Source: Eledone cirrhosa
Lineage: Eukaryota
Direction of reading: 5' to 3'
DNA: 64,000 nt
NCBI GenBank assembly: GCA_964016885.1
Contig: OZ024747.1
Coordinates: forward strand, 90,582,001 to 90,646,000
Shown here: piece after piece, positions 28,397 through 40,021 of the stretch
How positions within the stretch are numbered: position 1 is the first letter of the stretch
Layout: every line of letters starts with the position of its first letter
The notes under the pieces: generated by a model
Database searches by the model: none
What the model saw: only the letters and a program-made list of their open reading frames with translations
Told to the model about the DNA's origin: nothing
Made by a program: the position numbers and the translations under genes

Positions 28397-29023
28397 TTCA
28401 TTTATTAACCACAAGGGCCGACATGTAGGGGACAATACAAAGACAGGGACACTAAGGTCGAGTAAACATGCACAATGGCAAGAATAATTTAACAATGAAA
28501 ATATAAAAATATAAAATAAACTATGTATAAATATAACAAAATAAATTCCCCGATAGGGGGTGGACGACCCTGGGGTGACTCGGGTACCCCACCAATTCTG
28601 AACCCCCCTGCGCTTCTAGGGCACCCAGGGAGAGCACCCCTCTCCTCAAGTTAACTAGCCTATATGCGCATGGTCAGAGTAGGCCCATTCACACAAGCCA
28701 TTCTCGCCACATTCACCCACCTTTTAGCAAATGTACTGGGAGGGGGAGCAGCACTTCTCTCTCCACCCTCACCTTCCTTTCCAGGTGAAACTTGAAGTTG
28801 ATGAGGGACTGGCCAAAGAGAAAAGTGTCTGCCTTCAGTCCTTTTAACCTGGTCCACCAATAACCTCTTTCGCAACTGCCACCAGACAGAGGAAAATTTC
28901 CTGCTCTTCCTGACCTAAGGAAGGCGGTGGATCGATCTTCACTATGGACTCGGCCGATAGCCGGATTCGTTCCACACGCGACAGTAGCTGTTCGACATAA
29001 CTCCACAAGTCAGTAATGCACGG
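28397..29023 (-). mobile_element. 5'-truncated Tx1/L1-clade retrotransposon in (AAT)n
   Basis: Frameshifted peptides WWTRLKGLKADTFLFGQSLINFKFHLERKVRVEREVL and FAKRWVNVARMACVNGPTL, homologous to the ORF2 C-terminus at 42508. 3' end ...CCCTTGTGGTTAATAAATGAA followed by (ATT)n; ataataataa also at the 5' junction. Confidence 0.85.
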
Positions 29024-29041
29024 ATAATAATAATAAGAATA

Positions 29042-29427
29042 ATTGTTTCTACTTTTGACACAAGGCCAGCAATTACCCAGTGTATTACTGGTACTTTATT
29101 TTATCGACCCCATAAGGATGAAAGGCAAAGTTAACCTCGGCGGCATTTGAACTCAGAATGGCAAGGGCCGTAACTCTATGCGTCAAAGCATGGCGTCCGA
29201 CCCTCTACCAATATTGCCAATAGGCACAAGGACAGGAAATTAGGGGAGAGTGGAAAGTCGATTAAATCATCCCCAGTGCATCACTGGTACTTTATTTTTA
29301 TCGACTATGTCACGACGAAAGGTGAAGCTAATCTCGGCAGGATTTGAACTCAGGATGTAACGGGGCATAACTCTGTCACAAAGCATGGTGTCTGACGCTC
29401 TACCGATACTGCCAATCCACTGCCCTA
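29042..29427 (-). mobile_element. Two tandem SINE family A copies
   Basis: Core motif at ~29085 and ~29283. Confidence 0.8.
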
Positions 29428-30002
29428 ATATTAACCATAACAATAGAGTTATGTGATGTAAGTAGGAATATACTAGAATATATATATTTTTTTTTAAATA
29501 GAAAAAAAAAAAAAGAATTAATTAATATCTAAAAAAAAACAAAACAAAACAAATCTAGCCAAAGTAGAATGAAAAAAACAAACTGAAATAACATCAACAA
29601 CAAAAATAACGATGACAACAACAACAAGAAAAAAAAAAGCAAAGAAATATTTCAAACATTTAAAATCATGTGGTTTAGAAGAATTAAAAAAAAAAAAATA
29701 TATATATATATATAGTTAAAAAAAACAACAAAATAGGGCAAATGACGCTTAAATAAAAAAAATAATTGAAGAAAAACAGAGTTTAGCAGCTCTGGGTGTG
29801 TATAAAATAAAGTGGAATTTTATAGGAAAGTGTGAGTTATACTTAATAAGAGAAACTGTTCCAAAGTCAATAATGCTTCACAGTGTCTGTCTATGCATGT
29901 TTAGTTATTAATCAATTAACCTTAGCTTTAACACACTCACAAATATAGATTTCTGCACTCATTCACTCATACACACACACACACATATATATATATAAAC
30001 CG

Positions 30003-30345
30003 GAGGCACATGGCTCAATGGTTAGAGCATTGGCCTTGCAATCGAAAGGTTGTGAGTTCAATTCTCAGACCGGGTGATGTGTTGTTTCCTTGAGCAAGAC
30101 ACTTTATTTCACATTGCTCCAGTTTACTCAGCTGTAGAAATGAGATGATAGTGACTGGGGTCCATATCATTCCACTACAAAGTGGTCGTGGAGGTGCCAC
30201 GGCAAAAAGCACCCAGCACTCACTGTAAATGAGGTTGGTGTAAGGAAGGGCATCCAGCTGTAGAAATCAAGCCAGAATCAGTTCCCGTCCCACCCTTGCA
30301 AGCAGGGAAAAGTGGACGTAAAATGAAATGATGATGAATGATGAT
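30003..30345 (+). mobile_element. CORE-like SINE (tRNA head, CORE-like centre, RTE-type 3' tail)
   Basis: Box A TGGCTCAATGG, box B GAGTTCAATTC. ccttgagcaagacacttta...ctcagctgtagaaatg resembles the MIR/CORE domain (from memory). aggaagggcatccagctgtagaaa and the (TGA)n tail are shared with the RTE 3' UTR at 46750-47149. Confidence 0.75.
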
Positions 30346-30357
30346 ATATATATATAT

Positions 30358-30576
30358 ATAGGAACGAGTAGGACCCCGACGGCTGAGCTCAAGCCGTTTC
30401 GACGGCTAATTCTGGACTCAGAATTAGCCGTCGAAACGGCTTGAGCTTAGCCGTCGAAACGGCTTGAGCTCAGCCGTCGGGGTCCTACTCGTTCCTATTA
30501 CCCACTCTACTACCCTAAGTATTGAGTACTTTGGTGCGTTATGGTCCATCTGGTTCCTTACCACATTTCCTTCGTT
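30358..30576 (+). mobile_element. (TA)n-embedded palindromic element with hammerhead 3' half (Penelope-like end)
   Basis: Near-perfect hairpin 30358-30498 with a 23-nt duplication in the right arm. GAAACGGCT-tgagctc-AGCCGTC|GGGGTCC. GTATTGAGTAC box at 30519-30529. Confidence 0.65.
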
Positions 30577-30590
30577 ATATATATATACAC

Positions 30591-30643
<53 letters not shown>

Positions 30644-31348
30644 CATATGTACATACATATATACATATGTATATACGTACATACATATATACATATGTAT
30701 ATACGTACATACATATATACATACGTACATACATATATACATACGTACATACATACATACATATGTACATACATACATATATATATACATACATACATAA
30801 ATACATATATACATACACATGTACATACACACATATATATACATACACATATATATAAATATACATACACATATATATAAATATACATACACAGGTGTGT
30901 TAACTTCTGTGACATACAGGCATAAACAAGTATATAGCTATATTATCTACAAAAATACATGTTTAATTTCACAGACCTATTATTGATGTGTATGATTATA
31001 TATATATATATACACACACATATATATCATCATCATTAGCATTTAACGTCCATCTTCCACGCTAGCATGGGTTAGACAGGAATTGTCCCACTTGAGGCAA
31101 GATTGATCAGGTGACCACATCTCGGGCGATATATAATATATATACACTCACACAGACATGACAATAAAATGAAGTGGAATATGTCACAGCATCTTTCTTA
31201 ATATATATAAACATATATACATACACACACACATATATAAATATGTGTGTGTGTGTATGTATATACATATGCATATTTTATTTAATTTAGGTAAAAATCA
31301 AAGGTTACAATTCAAATTTTATAATTTCTACGTTCTTTTTGATTTAAC

Positions 31349-31398
<50 letters not shown>

Positions 31399-31402
<4 letters not shown>

Positions 31403-31601
31403 GTAGAACACTGGAAGGTAATATCCGTAGTGGTAGAGCACTCAGTCCATGGGATGAGTCAGGTAGAAGTGGTAACACAACAGTTAGTTCACCATACCGA
31501 GAACAATTGTTTCACCTTAGCGGATCCCGAGCTGAGGATCCGCTAAGGTGAAACAATTGTTCTCTCGGTATGGTGAACTAACTGTTGTGTAACCACTTCT
31601 A
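31399..31601. mobile_element. (TA)n-embedded palindromic element with minimal hammerhead motif
   Basis: ~60-bp near-perfect inverted arms within 31464-31601. Right arm: ccgag-CTGAGGA(31532-31538)-tccgctaaggt-GAAAC-AATT-GTT-ctc(tc)gg. Confidence 0.65.
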
Positions 31602-31609
31602 TATATATA

Positions 31610-32080
31610 TCATCATCATCACCATTGTACGTCTGTTCTTCCACGCTAGCATGGGTTAGACGGGTTGTCCTGTTGTGGGCAGTGTCTGGTTGGCTGACCA
31701 TGCCTTGCTCATACAGGAACTGATTTTGGCTAGATTTCTACAGCTGGATGCCCTTCCTAACACCAACTTCATTTACAGTGAGTGCTGGGTGCTTTTTTCC
31801 GTGGCGCCTACACGTCCACTTTACAGTGTGGGCTGGGTGGTTTTTTGCTGTGGCACCTCCACGACCACTTTGCAGTGAGGGGGTGTGGGGCATATTGTCT
31901 ATATGCTTCAGCTTGTACCCATGAGAGGTCGGGTACTCTGTATTACTGCGTGACGCCAGAGGTCATATCAGTTCGCGTATGAGCAAGGCATGGTCAGCCG
32001 ACTGGTCACTTCCCACAACAGGACAACCCGTCTAACCCGTGCATGCATGGAAGAAATGATGTAAAATGGTGATGATGATA
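31610..32080. mobile_element. Fold-back element made of two outward-facing RTE-type 3' ends
   Basis: ~115-bp inverted arms (gggttagacgggttgtcctgttgtggg...ccatgccttgctcatac versus gtatgagcaaggcatgg...cccacaacaggacaacccgtctaaccc) with (CAT)n and (TGA)n ends. Confidence 0.7.
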
Positions 32081-32356
32081 TATATATGTATATATATATG
32101 TATATATATATATATATATATATAACCACAAACCCTCCATCTCAATTTTACTCTTGAAAAGCTTAAGAACTGTGAAACCAGTAAAGAAAATAAATAAATA
32201 TTCTTAAAAAAGACTCCAGCTGCATTTTTGATTTCTTTTCCTTATAATTTCATCCGTGTAGGACATCTCGTTTTTTTTATTTAAAAAAAAAAACAATTCT
32301 TTTTCTTATATATATATATATATAAAAGTATATATATATATATATATATATAAAAG

Positions 32357-32426
<70 letters not shown>

Positions 32427-32598
32427 AAGAGAGAGAGGGGAGAAGAAACGTGGAAAGTAGAGAAATGATGTGTTGAGAAGGACCTGTCCAACCCTTGTAA
32501 GCATGGAAAAACGGATGTAAAAATGATGATGATATATACATAATTTTATATATATAATATATATAGATATGGATTATGGATATTAAATGATGATGATG

Positions 32599-32630
<32 letters not shown>

Positions 32631-33141
32631 ATGATGATCATCATCATCATCATTCATATATAAATATTATATATCAGGGAAAGTGGACGGTAAAACAACG
32701 ATGATGAAGATGATATATATATATATATACATACAAATATACAAAGTTTCACCCAAGGTACAGTATTGTAGGCCCCATAACACTGGGTCCTTCTTGAGGT
32801 AAGGTTTTACAGCCAGATGCCCTTCCTTACACAAACCCTTTTAGTTGCCTCTTATTACACACTGGGAGGTGATGTATCCATCCTATACTGGATACACATT
32901 CTAAACATGATGAATGTTAAAAACACATTCATGATGTGTGTGCTATTCTATCTATGATGTGTGTGTATGTGTGAGTGTGTGCATCTATAAATTTATTATA
33001 AATCTATATATAATTATATGTATGTACATGTATACAAAAACATTTCTGATGTGTTTGTGAAAGAGGTGCACACGCGCACACATAACTACATACACATACT
33101 GCTGAAGTGTATGTATTTGAGTGGGGTTTTTTTTGTGCACG

Positions 33142-33184
<43 letters not shown>

Positions 33185-33185
<1 letters not shown>

Positions 33186-33366
33186 TGTATGTGGTTGATG
33201 GCTGACAGATGAGAGAAAGGAATACTCAATATCGAAGTAGAGTTTTAATATTCATTATTATTAAGGCTAAAATGTGTTACTCTAGAGTTTCGCATGTGTC
33301 TGATGACCCTGTGGTAAACAGGCAAAACCCCAGAGTAACAAGACCCACTTTTAACATTAATGACAT
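33185..33366. mobile_element. Penelope-like end with degenerate hammerhead and partial inverted copy
   Basis: tgt-CTGATGA(33300-33306)-c-cctgt/ggtaa/acagg-c-aAAAC-cccaga-GTA-aca. The inverted arm gttactctagagtttcg (= CGAAAC-TCTAGA-GTAAC) preserves the intact version. Confidence 0.55.
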
Positions 33367-33387
33367 TGTGTGTGTGTGTGTATATAT

Positions 33388-33600
33388 TGTGAATGCATGT
33401 GGCTGAGTGGTTAGTGAATTGGATTTGCGATCGTGAGGTTGGGAGCTCGATTCCCAGACTGGGTGATGCGTTATGTCCTTGAGCAAGACACTTTATTTCA
33501 CGTTGCTCCTTCTACCTGGAGTTGCGACTGATAGATAGTATTAGCAATTGGAAAGACTAATGGAAACAGTGTTTTCTCGGTCCGATTTGGCGAAAGTCGA
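33388..33600 (+). mobile_element. CORE-like tRNA SINE with an alternative 3' tail
   Basis: TGGCTGAGTGG, GAGCTCGATTCCC, gtccttgagcaagacactttatttcac. Confidence 0.7.
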
Positions 33601-33836
33601 TCGACTCTTGATGATGTTGCCAATATAAGCTTGTCTTTATTGACTTATATCGAGACAGACAAATTGTATTCACTTTAATTAGTTTATTTCATTAATAGCT
33701 AACTTTGTCTGTTGCAATGTAAACACATTTCGTGTTTATCATATATTTTAATGTATTTAACTGCTCGGAAGAGCCCCTTTTCCTGGAGCTTAATTATTGT
33801 AAACGACTGAGAGTTTATTCTCAAAATATAATATAG

Positions 33837-33868
<32 letters not shown>

Positions 33869-34307
33869 ATATGATATATATATATGATACAAACACACAC
33901 CTACATAGATATAAATGATGCATGACTAGTATATATTTGTTATTAGCACATATATACGCTATCAAAATGTGATATCTATATATGTGTTTGTGCATGGTTG
34001 TCCTAGGTTCAATCTCACTGTTCAGTAGCTAGGGTATTTTACATCATAACTTCAAGCTTGTTCAAATCTCAGGAGTGAAATTAGGTATGCAAAAACTGTG
34101 TAAAGCCCTATGAGTTTGACTTGTGTCCCTGATTCAAAGGGTCAACCAGCATTGTAACACACTGTCACACTTTAGAGAACAGTAACTGTATAACTGTATA
34201 TTCGTGACGGTATGAGGCCTAATGTTTAGGAAGTTCTACTCATGAACATAAGGTTGTGTGTTCAATACCTGGAAGCACGTTGTATCTTTGTGCAAAACAC
34301 TCTAATT

Positions 34308-34474
34308 CAGTGGTTCCCAAAGTGGGTTCCGCAAAGGAGTATCTGGGGTTTCATGAAAAAAGGTAGAAGAGTATATTTATATTACGACCATATAACAGTA
34401 TTGGACTTTGAGGTTCCCCCAAAAGTTTCTGAACCAAAAATGGTTCTGTGTTTGAAAAAGTTTGGGAAATCCTG
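34308..34474. mobile_element. hAT/Charlie-type MITE
   Basis: TIRs CAGTGGTTCCCAAA / TTTGGGAAATCCTG; 8-bp flanks ctctaatt and ctttaatt. Confidence 0.7.
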
Positions 34475-35353
34475 CTTTAATTCTTTCAACAACAAAAATG
34501 AATTGTAGCTATAATTCAAAGGGCCAGTCTTTTCATACACTGTTTAATACCAAATCTCCATGAAAACTATGTTAAATGTGCATGGGTCTGTGGAATGCTC
34601 AGCACATTAATTTTATAAACAGACTGTTCTGTTGATCACATTAACTAGATCACTTGTTGTCAGACCCTTTTCACTGCATGGTATCTTGGTCAAGTGTTTA
34701 CTATTGCCTTGGGTTAACCAATGCCTTGTGAGTGAAATTTGGTAGATAGAATCTATTGAGTCAATACTCAAGTGGAGCTACTGACTTCTCAGATCGGCAA
34801 GGAGCCTACATCTGGTTCAAATACATTCCAGAGCTTTACTGAAGGCATTTTATCATGGCACCAGCACTAGGAAGATTGTCATATCTTTGACACAACTGTA
34901 GATTTCTCCCAACCCTTTGTTTAGAAAGCTTTCTTATCACCATCTACCTTGTTGTCCTGCTATTAACATAACTGAAGAGTCTTTTCAACCATTTTGGCAT
35001 GGTTTCTATAGTCAGATGTCTTTCTTATCATATATATATATATATATATATATATCATCATCATCGTTTAACGTCCATCTTCCACACTAGCATGGGTTAG
35101 ACAGTTTTGTTCCATTTGATGCAGGAATGGTCTGGAGACCATGTCTCACTCGTACGGAAGTGTCTCTGGCAGGTTTTTTACAGTTGAATGCCCACCAACC
35201 ATATTTGCATTGTGGACATATATACACAGTATACATATATATGCACACATAAATATATAGATATATGTGCATAGATACATACATCCCTATATATGTACAT
35301 TCATATATATATATATGCATGCATACATATATATACATATATATATATATATA

Positions 35354-35687
35354 TCATCATCATTTTACGTCCGCTTTTCCCTGCTTACAAGGGTGGGACG
35401 GGAACTGATGCTGGCTTGATTTCTACAGCTGGATGCCCTTCCTAACACCAACCTCATTTACAGTGAGTGCTGGGTGCTTTTTTTGCCGTGGCACCTCCAC
35501 GACCACTTTGCAGTGGAATGATAGGGACCCCAGTCCCTATCATCTCATTTCTACAGCTGAGTAAACTGGAGCAATGTGAAATAAAGTGTCTTGCTCAAGG
35601 AAACAACACATCACCCGGTCTGAGAATTGAACTCACAACCTTTCGATTGCAAGGCCAATGCTCTAACCACTGAGCCATGTGCCTCCA
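35354..35687 (-). mobile_element. CORE-like SINE, near-identical inverted copy of 30003-30345
   Basis: ORF-track peptides at 30015-30212(-) and 35467-35673(+) are almost identical. Confidence 0.8.
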
Positions 35688-36168
35688 TTATATATATATG
35701 TATATATATACACACACACATATATATATATATATACATATGTACATACACACACATTGAGATACATGTACATATGTACAGACATAGTGTGTGCATGCAT
35801 GTTCATATGTGTGAATGTGTGCGTGTGATGCAGAAACATATATATATATATATAGGTCATGGATCCATTTCAGGCAGCACAGATCAATGTCTCATAATCA
35901 GCCAGCACATAACTATGTAACAACCAACCAGTAGAGTTATTATTATTGATTTGTACTTATTAAACACACAAGTTGTTGACCTACACCTAGCAGGTCATTC
36001 ACAACATACTGCTATATATGATTAGTCTTTAATAGTAGATGAATTAACAAGTGCTACATATTAAGAGGAAGAGGACAGCCAATATATCAACAGGTAGAAG
36101 TTGGCTATAGATAAGACAGACAAAAGCACATATTCACGTACGTGTGTGTGTGTGTGTGTGTGTATTAA

Positions 36169-36358
36169 TTGGGGGTAACCGCAGTAAGTAAGGTACTCAA
36201 TACATAGAAGTGTGTAGACAATATTTATCATAGAAATGGCTTCTACAGGGCTAGAACTGTTTCTTTCATTCGAAGGAAATCATCAGGAAAGCTTTCCTGG
36301 TGATTGCCTTCGAATGAAATAGTTCTAGGCCCGTAGAAGCCATTTCTATATTAAATAC
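36169..36358. mobile_element. Palindromic Penelope-like end with hammerhead motifs in both arms; same family as 15948
   Basis: Inverted arms centred on AAAGCTTT (36288-36295). Minus arm reads gctttc-CTGATGA-tttccttcgaat-GAAA(gaaa)CAG...CTGTA-GAAGC. GTACTCAATAC at 36193-36203. Confidence 0.65.
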
Positions 36359-37463
36359 TGTGTGTATGTGTATATATATGTGTGTGTGTGTATTTATGTA
36401 TGTATGTATTTTCTTCTGGTTTTACGTATGTATGTATATGTATGTATGTGTATGTAGACACAATCATATCCAGATTTGAAAATCGGAGGGTGGTGATTGC
36501 AGTGAAGCAGAAAAGCTAATGCTAAAGAAGTAATAGAATACAATAGTCTACTACATACCCTAATAGACATGAGTAAATTAGAGATAAAAAGTCAATCAAA
36601 TTCACAGATCATGAGTTCAATATCTTTGTGTATTTATAAGTGATAAATTGGCAGTAGCTTGAGTATCAGATTAAATACTTTGTAGCAAATTATCCCAGCT
36701 CTCTGAAATCTGATCTTAAATCTTGCCAGAGGCTACACTGCTTTTCATCCTTTCATGGGGTTGATGAATAAAGTACCAGTCCATGGGTGAGTAGATTGGT
36801 GGAATTGTTAAAGAATAAAATGCTATCTTTTGTGGTATTTGTTCCAGCTCCACATATCTGAGTTCTAAACTTACTCCTGTCACCAGAAAATCAGTAATGC
36901 TTCTGCTAAGAGATGAGACCAGCAAATAGTATCAGCAATGGAGAGATTAATTGAGACAGTTTCCTTGGCCCATTATCACAATTGGCTCCTTTATTTTTCT
37001 TTCATTACAGTTATGTATGGATATATAAGATTGTATATATTCATGTATGGTTATATAAGGCTCTGTATATATTTGAAGGCAGCATTGAACAAAGTCCCTT
37101 GTAATATTTGTTTTGCACTGTGTTGCATACACTCCCTTAGCACTCTCGCATACATGAAATACATTGTGATATAAAACAAAGCATATATAAATCTTCAAAT
37201 AACATTACTATGAATAATAATTACGATAATGATAAACCATAAAAAAATAAAAACAATAGAACAGGAAATGGCAACTTATTAGTGTAACACATTATAAAGA
37301 GAGAAGGAATTGATGGACGGAAGCATCTGATAGGGATGAAAATGGTACATTGAGATATTGCTAACATTTAACTGAATGCTGAAATCCATTTTCTAATTAA
37401 CTGATTTTTCTCAGCACTCTAGCTGGACTACGACCAACTCTCTCCCAAACTATCCATGCCAGT

Positions 37464-37813
37464 GTTGAATCTGGCAGTCTAGTGAAGTGAGAATGAATTG
37501 TATTTTATCTAGAACAATATACAGCTGTAGAGACCTTAATGGCATGGAGAAGTGAAGAAGTTGAGAAACTTGCTCAACAGTTGAATCTAGCAGTCTAGTG
37601 AAGTGAAAATGAGCTTGTATTTTATCTATAACAATATACAGCTGTAGAGACCTTAATGAAGCGGAACAGTAGAGAAGTGGAGAAACTTGCTCAACAGTTG
37701 AATCTAGCAGTCTAGTGAAGTGAAAATGAGCTTGTATTTTATCTATAACAATATATAGCTGTAGAGACCTTAATGAAGCGGAACAGTAGAGAAGTGGAGA
37801 AACTTGCTCAACA
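37464..37813. repeat. Three tandem copies of a ~117-bp unit
   Basis: gttgaatct(g/a)gcagtctagtgaagtga...gagaaacttgctcaaca starting at 37464, 37580 and 37697. Copies 2 and 3 are near-identical. Confidence 0.9.
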
Positions 37814-37860
37814 AGAGAGCATTATAGAAGAAAAAGTAACGTATGAATAAATATATATAT

Positions 37861-38070
37861 TGGTTTCTGATTTAGGCACAAGGTCAACAATTTTGAGGGA
37901 AGAGGAAGTTGATTCAATCGACCCCAGTACATTACTGGTACTTTATTTCATTGACCTCATAAGGATGAAAAGCAAAGCTAACCACGGCAGGATTTGAACT
38001 CAGGTTGTAAAGGGGCGTGACTATGCCATAAAGCATACTGTCTGATGCTCTACCGATTCTGCCAATCCAA
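37861..38070 (-). mobile_element. SINE family A copy
   Basis: Conserved core motif. Confidence 0.8.
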
Positions 38071-38310
38071 TATATTGTCATCAAGTTGGTTTCAAAAAGA
38101 GCACCCAGTGGTAGAATTCTACCTCAAAAAGTCTCGTTCAACCCATGCCAGCATAGAATAATTGGTGTAAAATTGATAACAGCTTTAATTATACACATAT
38201 TTATACTCATGTCAGATCACTCTTGAGAGCTACTGGTAACATGTAATCCAGTGCAACCCGTCGCATAATTGGGTCATTGGTGACTAAACTGGGAGCCCCA
38301 CCAAGCTTGC

Positions 38311-38536
38311 TTCACCTTTTAGCATTTACATTACTCTATATTTACTATTTTATTTTCATGGTAAAGTCTTTACCTCACAGAACTATTTCACATATCAAAT
38401 CTATGAGATCTTGATATTATTTATTTTGAGAACAATACCTTTACATCAGTATGAGCAGCAGGTTACAGCCAATTTGAATAGAAAGAGGTGAGAGAATTCT
38501 GGCCGAATATGGCCAGTTTAAATGCTAAAGGGTTAA
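38311..38536 (-). mobile_element. piggyBac-type MITE copy
   Basis: Ends AATGCTAAAGGG|TTAA; body is the reverse complement of 11007-11215. Confidence 0.7.
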
Positions 38537-39989
38537 AGTTAAAATACTAAGACATTAGTAATATAACAGATTTTCTCATTATTAAGCTGGTGTTTGGAAC
38601 ATAACTTAACAAACACTCTTATATAAAATTAGAATGGCAGGTTCAATGGCACTTGCCCTGCACAAGCATTTGTCACTATAAAGTCTCATATGTAAACACA
38701 TTTTTACGCTTATATGTTTTACCCACTCCCCCTCTTCGGCATGTCAGGGTACAGGCTTCTTGAAGTCACAGAGAGATGAAGGATTTTTGGCAATTGATGT
38801 CATTCTCATAAAAAGCGAAATAACCTTTAAAAAAAAATTGAATCATAATTTAATCCCAAAGATAGGAAATTGGGACATTATCCACTGAAAGTTCCTTAAA
38901 CTCTGAAGAAGGGACTTTTAGGCCCTGAAATATTGGACAGAAAAATGAACAACAACAACAAAAAAGTATATTGTATGATGTTGAGTATATAGTTCAAAGC
39001 TGTATGGCATAGAGATATGGAAATTGAGGATAATTGAAACACTAGACTGCTCCACTGGAAGTACAATGATGGTGTACATGAATGATGCAGTGTGTAAGTG
39101 AGAAGATGGCTCTGGTACAGACATGTAATGTATATAGATGATGACTTACCAGGTAAAGAAATGCTTGTAGTTCCAAGTGGAAGGAACATGTGATAGAGGT
39201 AGGCTGAAATAGACACATGGGCAGAGATGGTGAGGGCAGACAGAAGTGGTGAGGGTAGGGCAGAAGGGGTGAGGGCAGGGTAGAAGTGGTGAGGGCAGGG
39301 TAGAAGGAGAAGGGCAGGGTAGAAGGAGGAGGGCAGGGCAGATACCAGAATACTAAACCCTATAAAGGAGATGACAAAGGAAAATGACAAGTGGGGATGA
39401 GGAGTTGCACTAGAATGGATTGTTCAGTGCAGGCAAACATGGAACAGCAAGTATAAACAACATATATATATATATATATATACAAACATGTACGCATACA
39501 TATATGTACATATACATGTGCACTTACATGTACATATATGTACACATACATACATGTACATATAGATACATGTATACATACATATGTGTACACATACATA
39601 CATGTACACATACATACATGTACATATACATACATGTACATATACATGTATGCATACCACTTCAACAAAAACAGCTTTAGTGCTAAAAGAAATGTATGTG
39701 AGGAAGTGTATTATAAGAGACAAATCGGTTTATTGGTGGCTATATTCCACTTCAACACTGACCCAATAACCTGGAAACTTATGGAAAACAAAGAGAAATT
39801 ATAAATTAGAGAGAGGGGGGGGGAGCAGAGAGAGAGAGAGGGGGGCACAGAGAGAGAAAGAGATAGAGACAGTGTGTGTGAGTTAGAGAAAGAGAGAGCG
39901 ATAGCATGTGTGAGAGAGAAAGCATGTGAGTGAGAGAGAGATTGAGATAGATAGCATGTGTGAGAGAGAAAGAGAGATAGTATGTGTGT

Positions 39990-40021
<32 letters not shown>

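Noticed and set aside
30003-30075. Possible tRNA gene (also 33395 and 54925)
   Set aside because: A/B boxes are present but continue into SINE bodies; no convincing cloverleaf.
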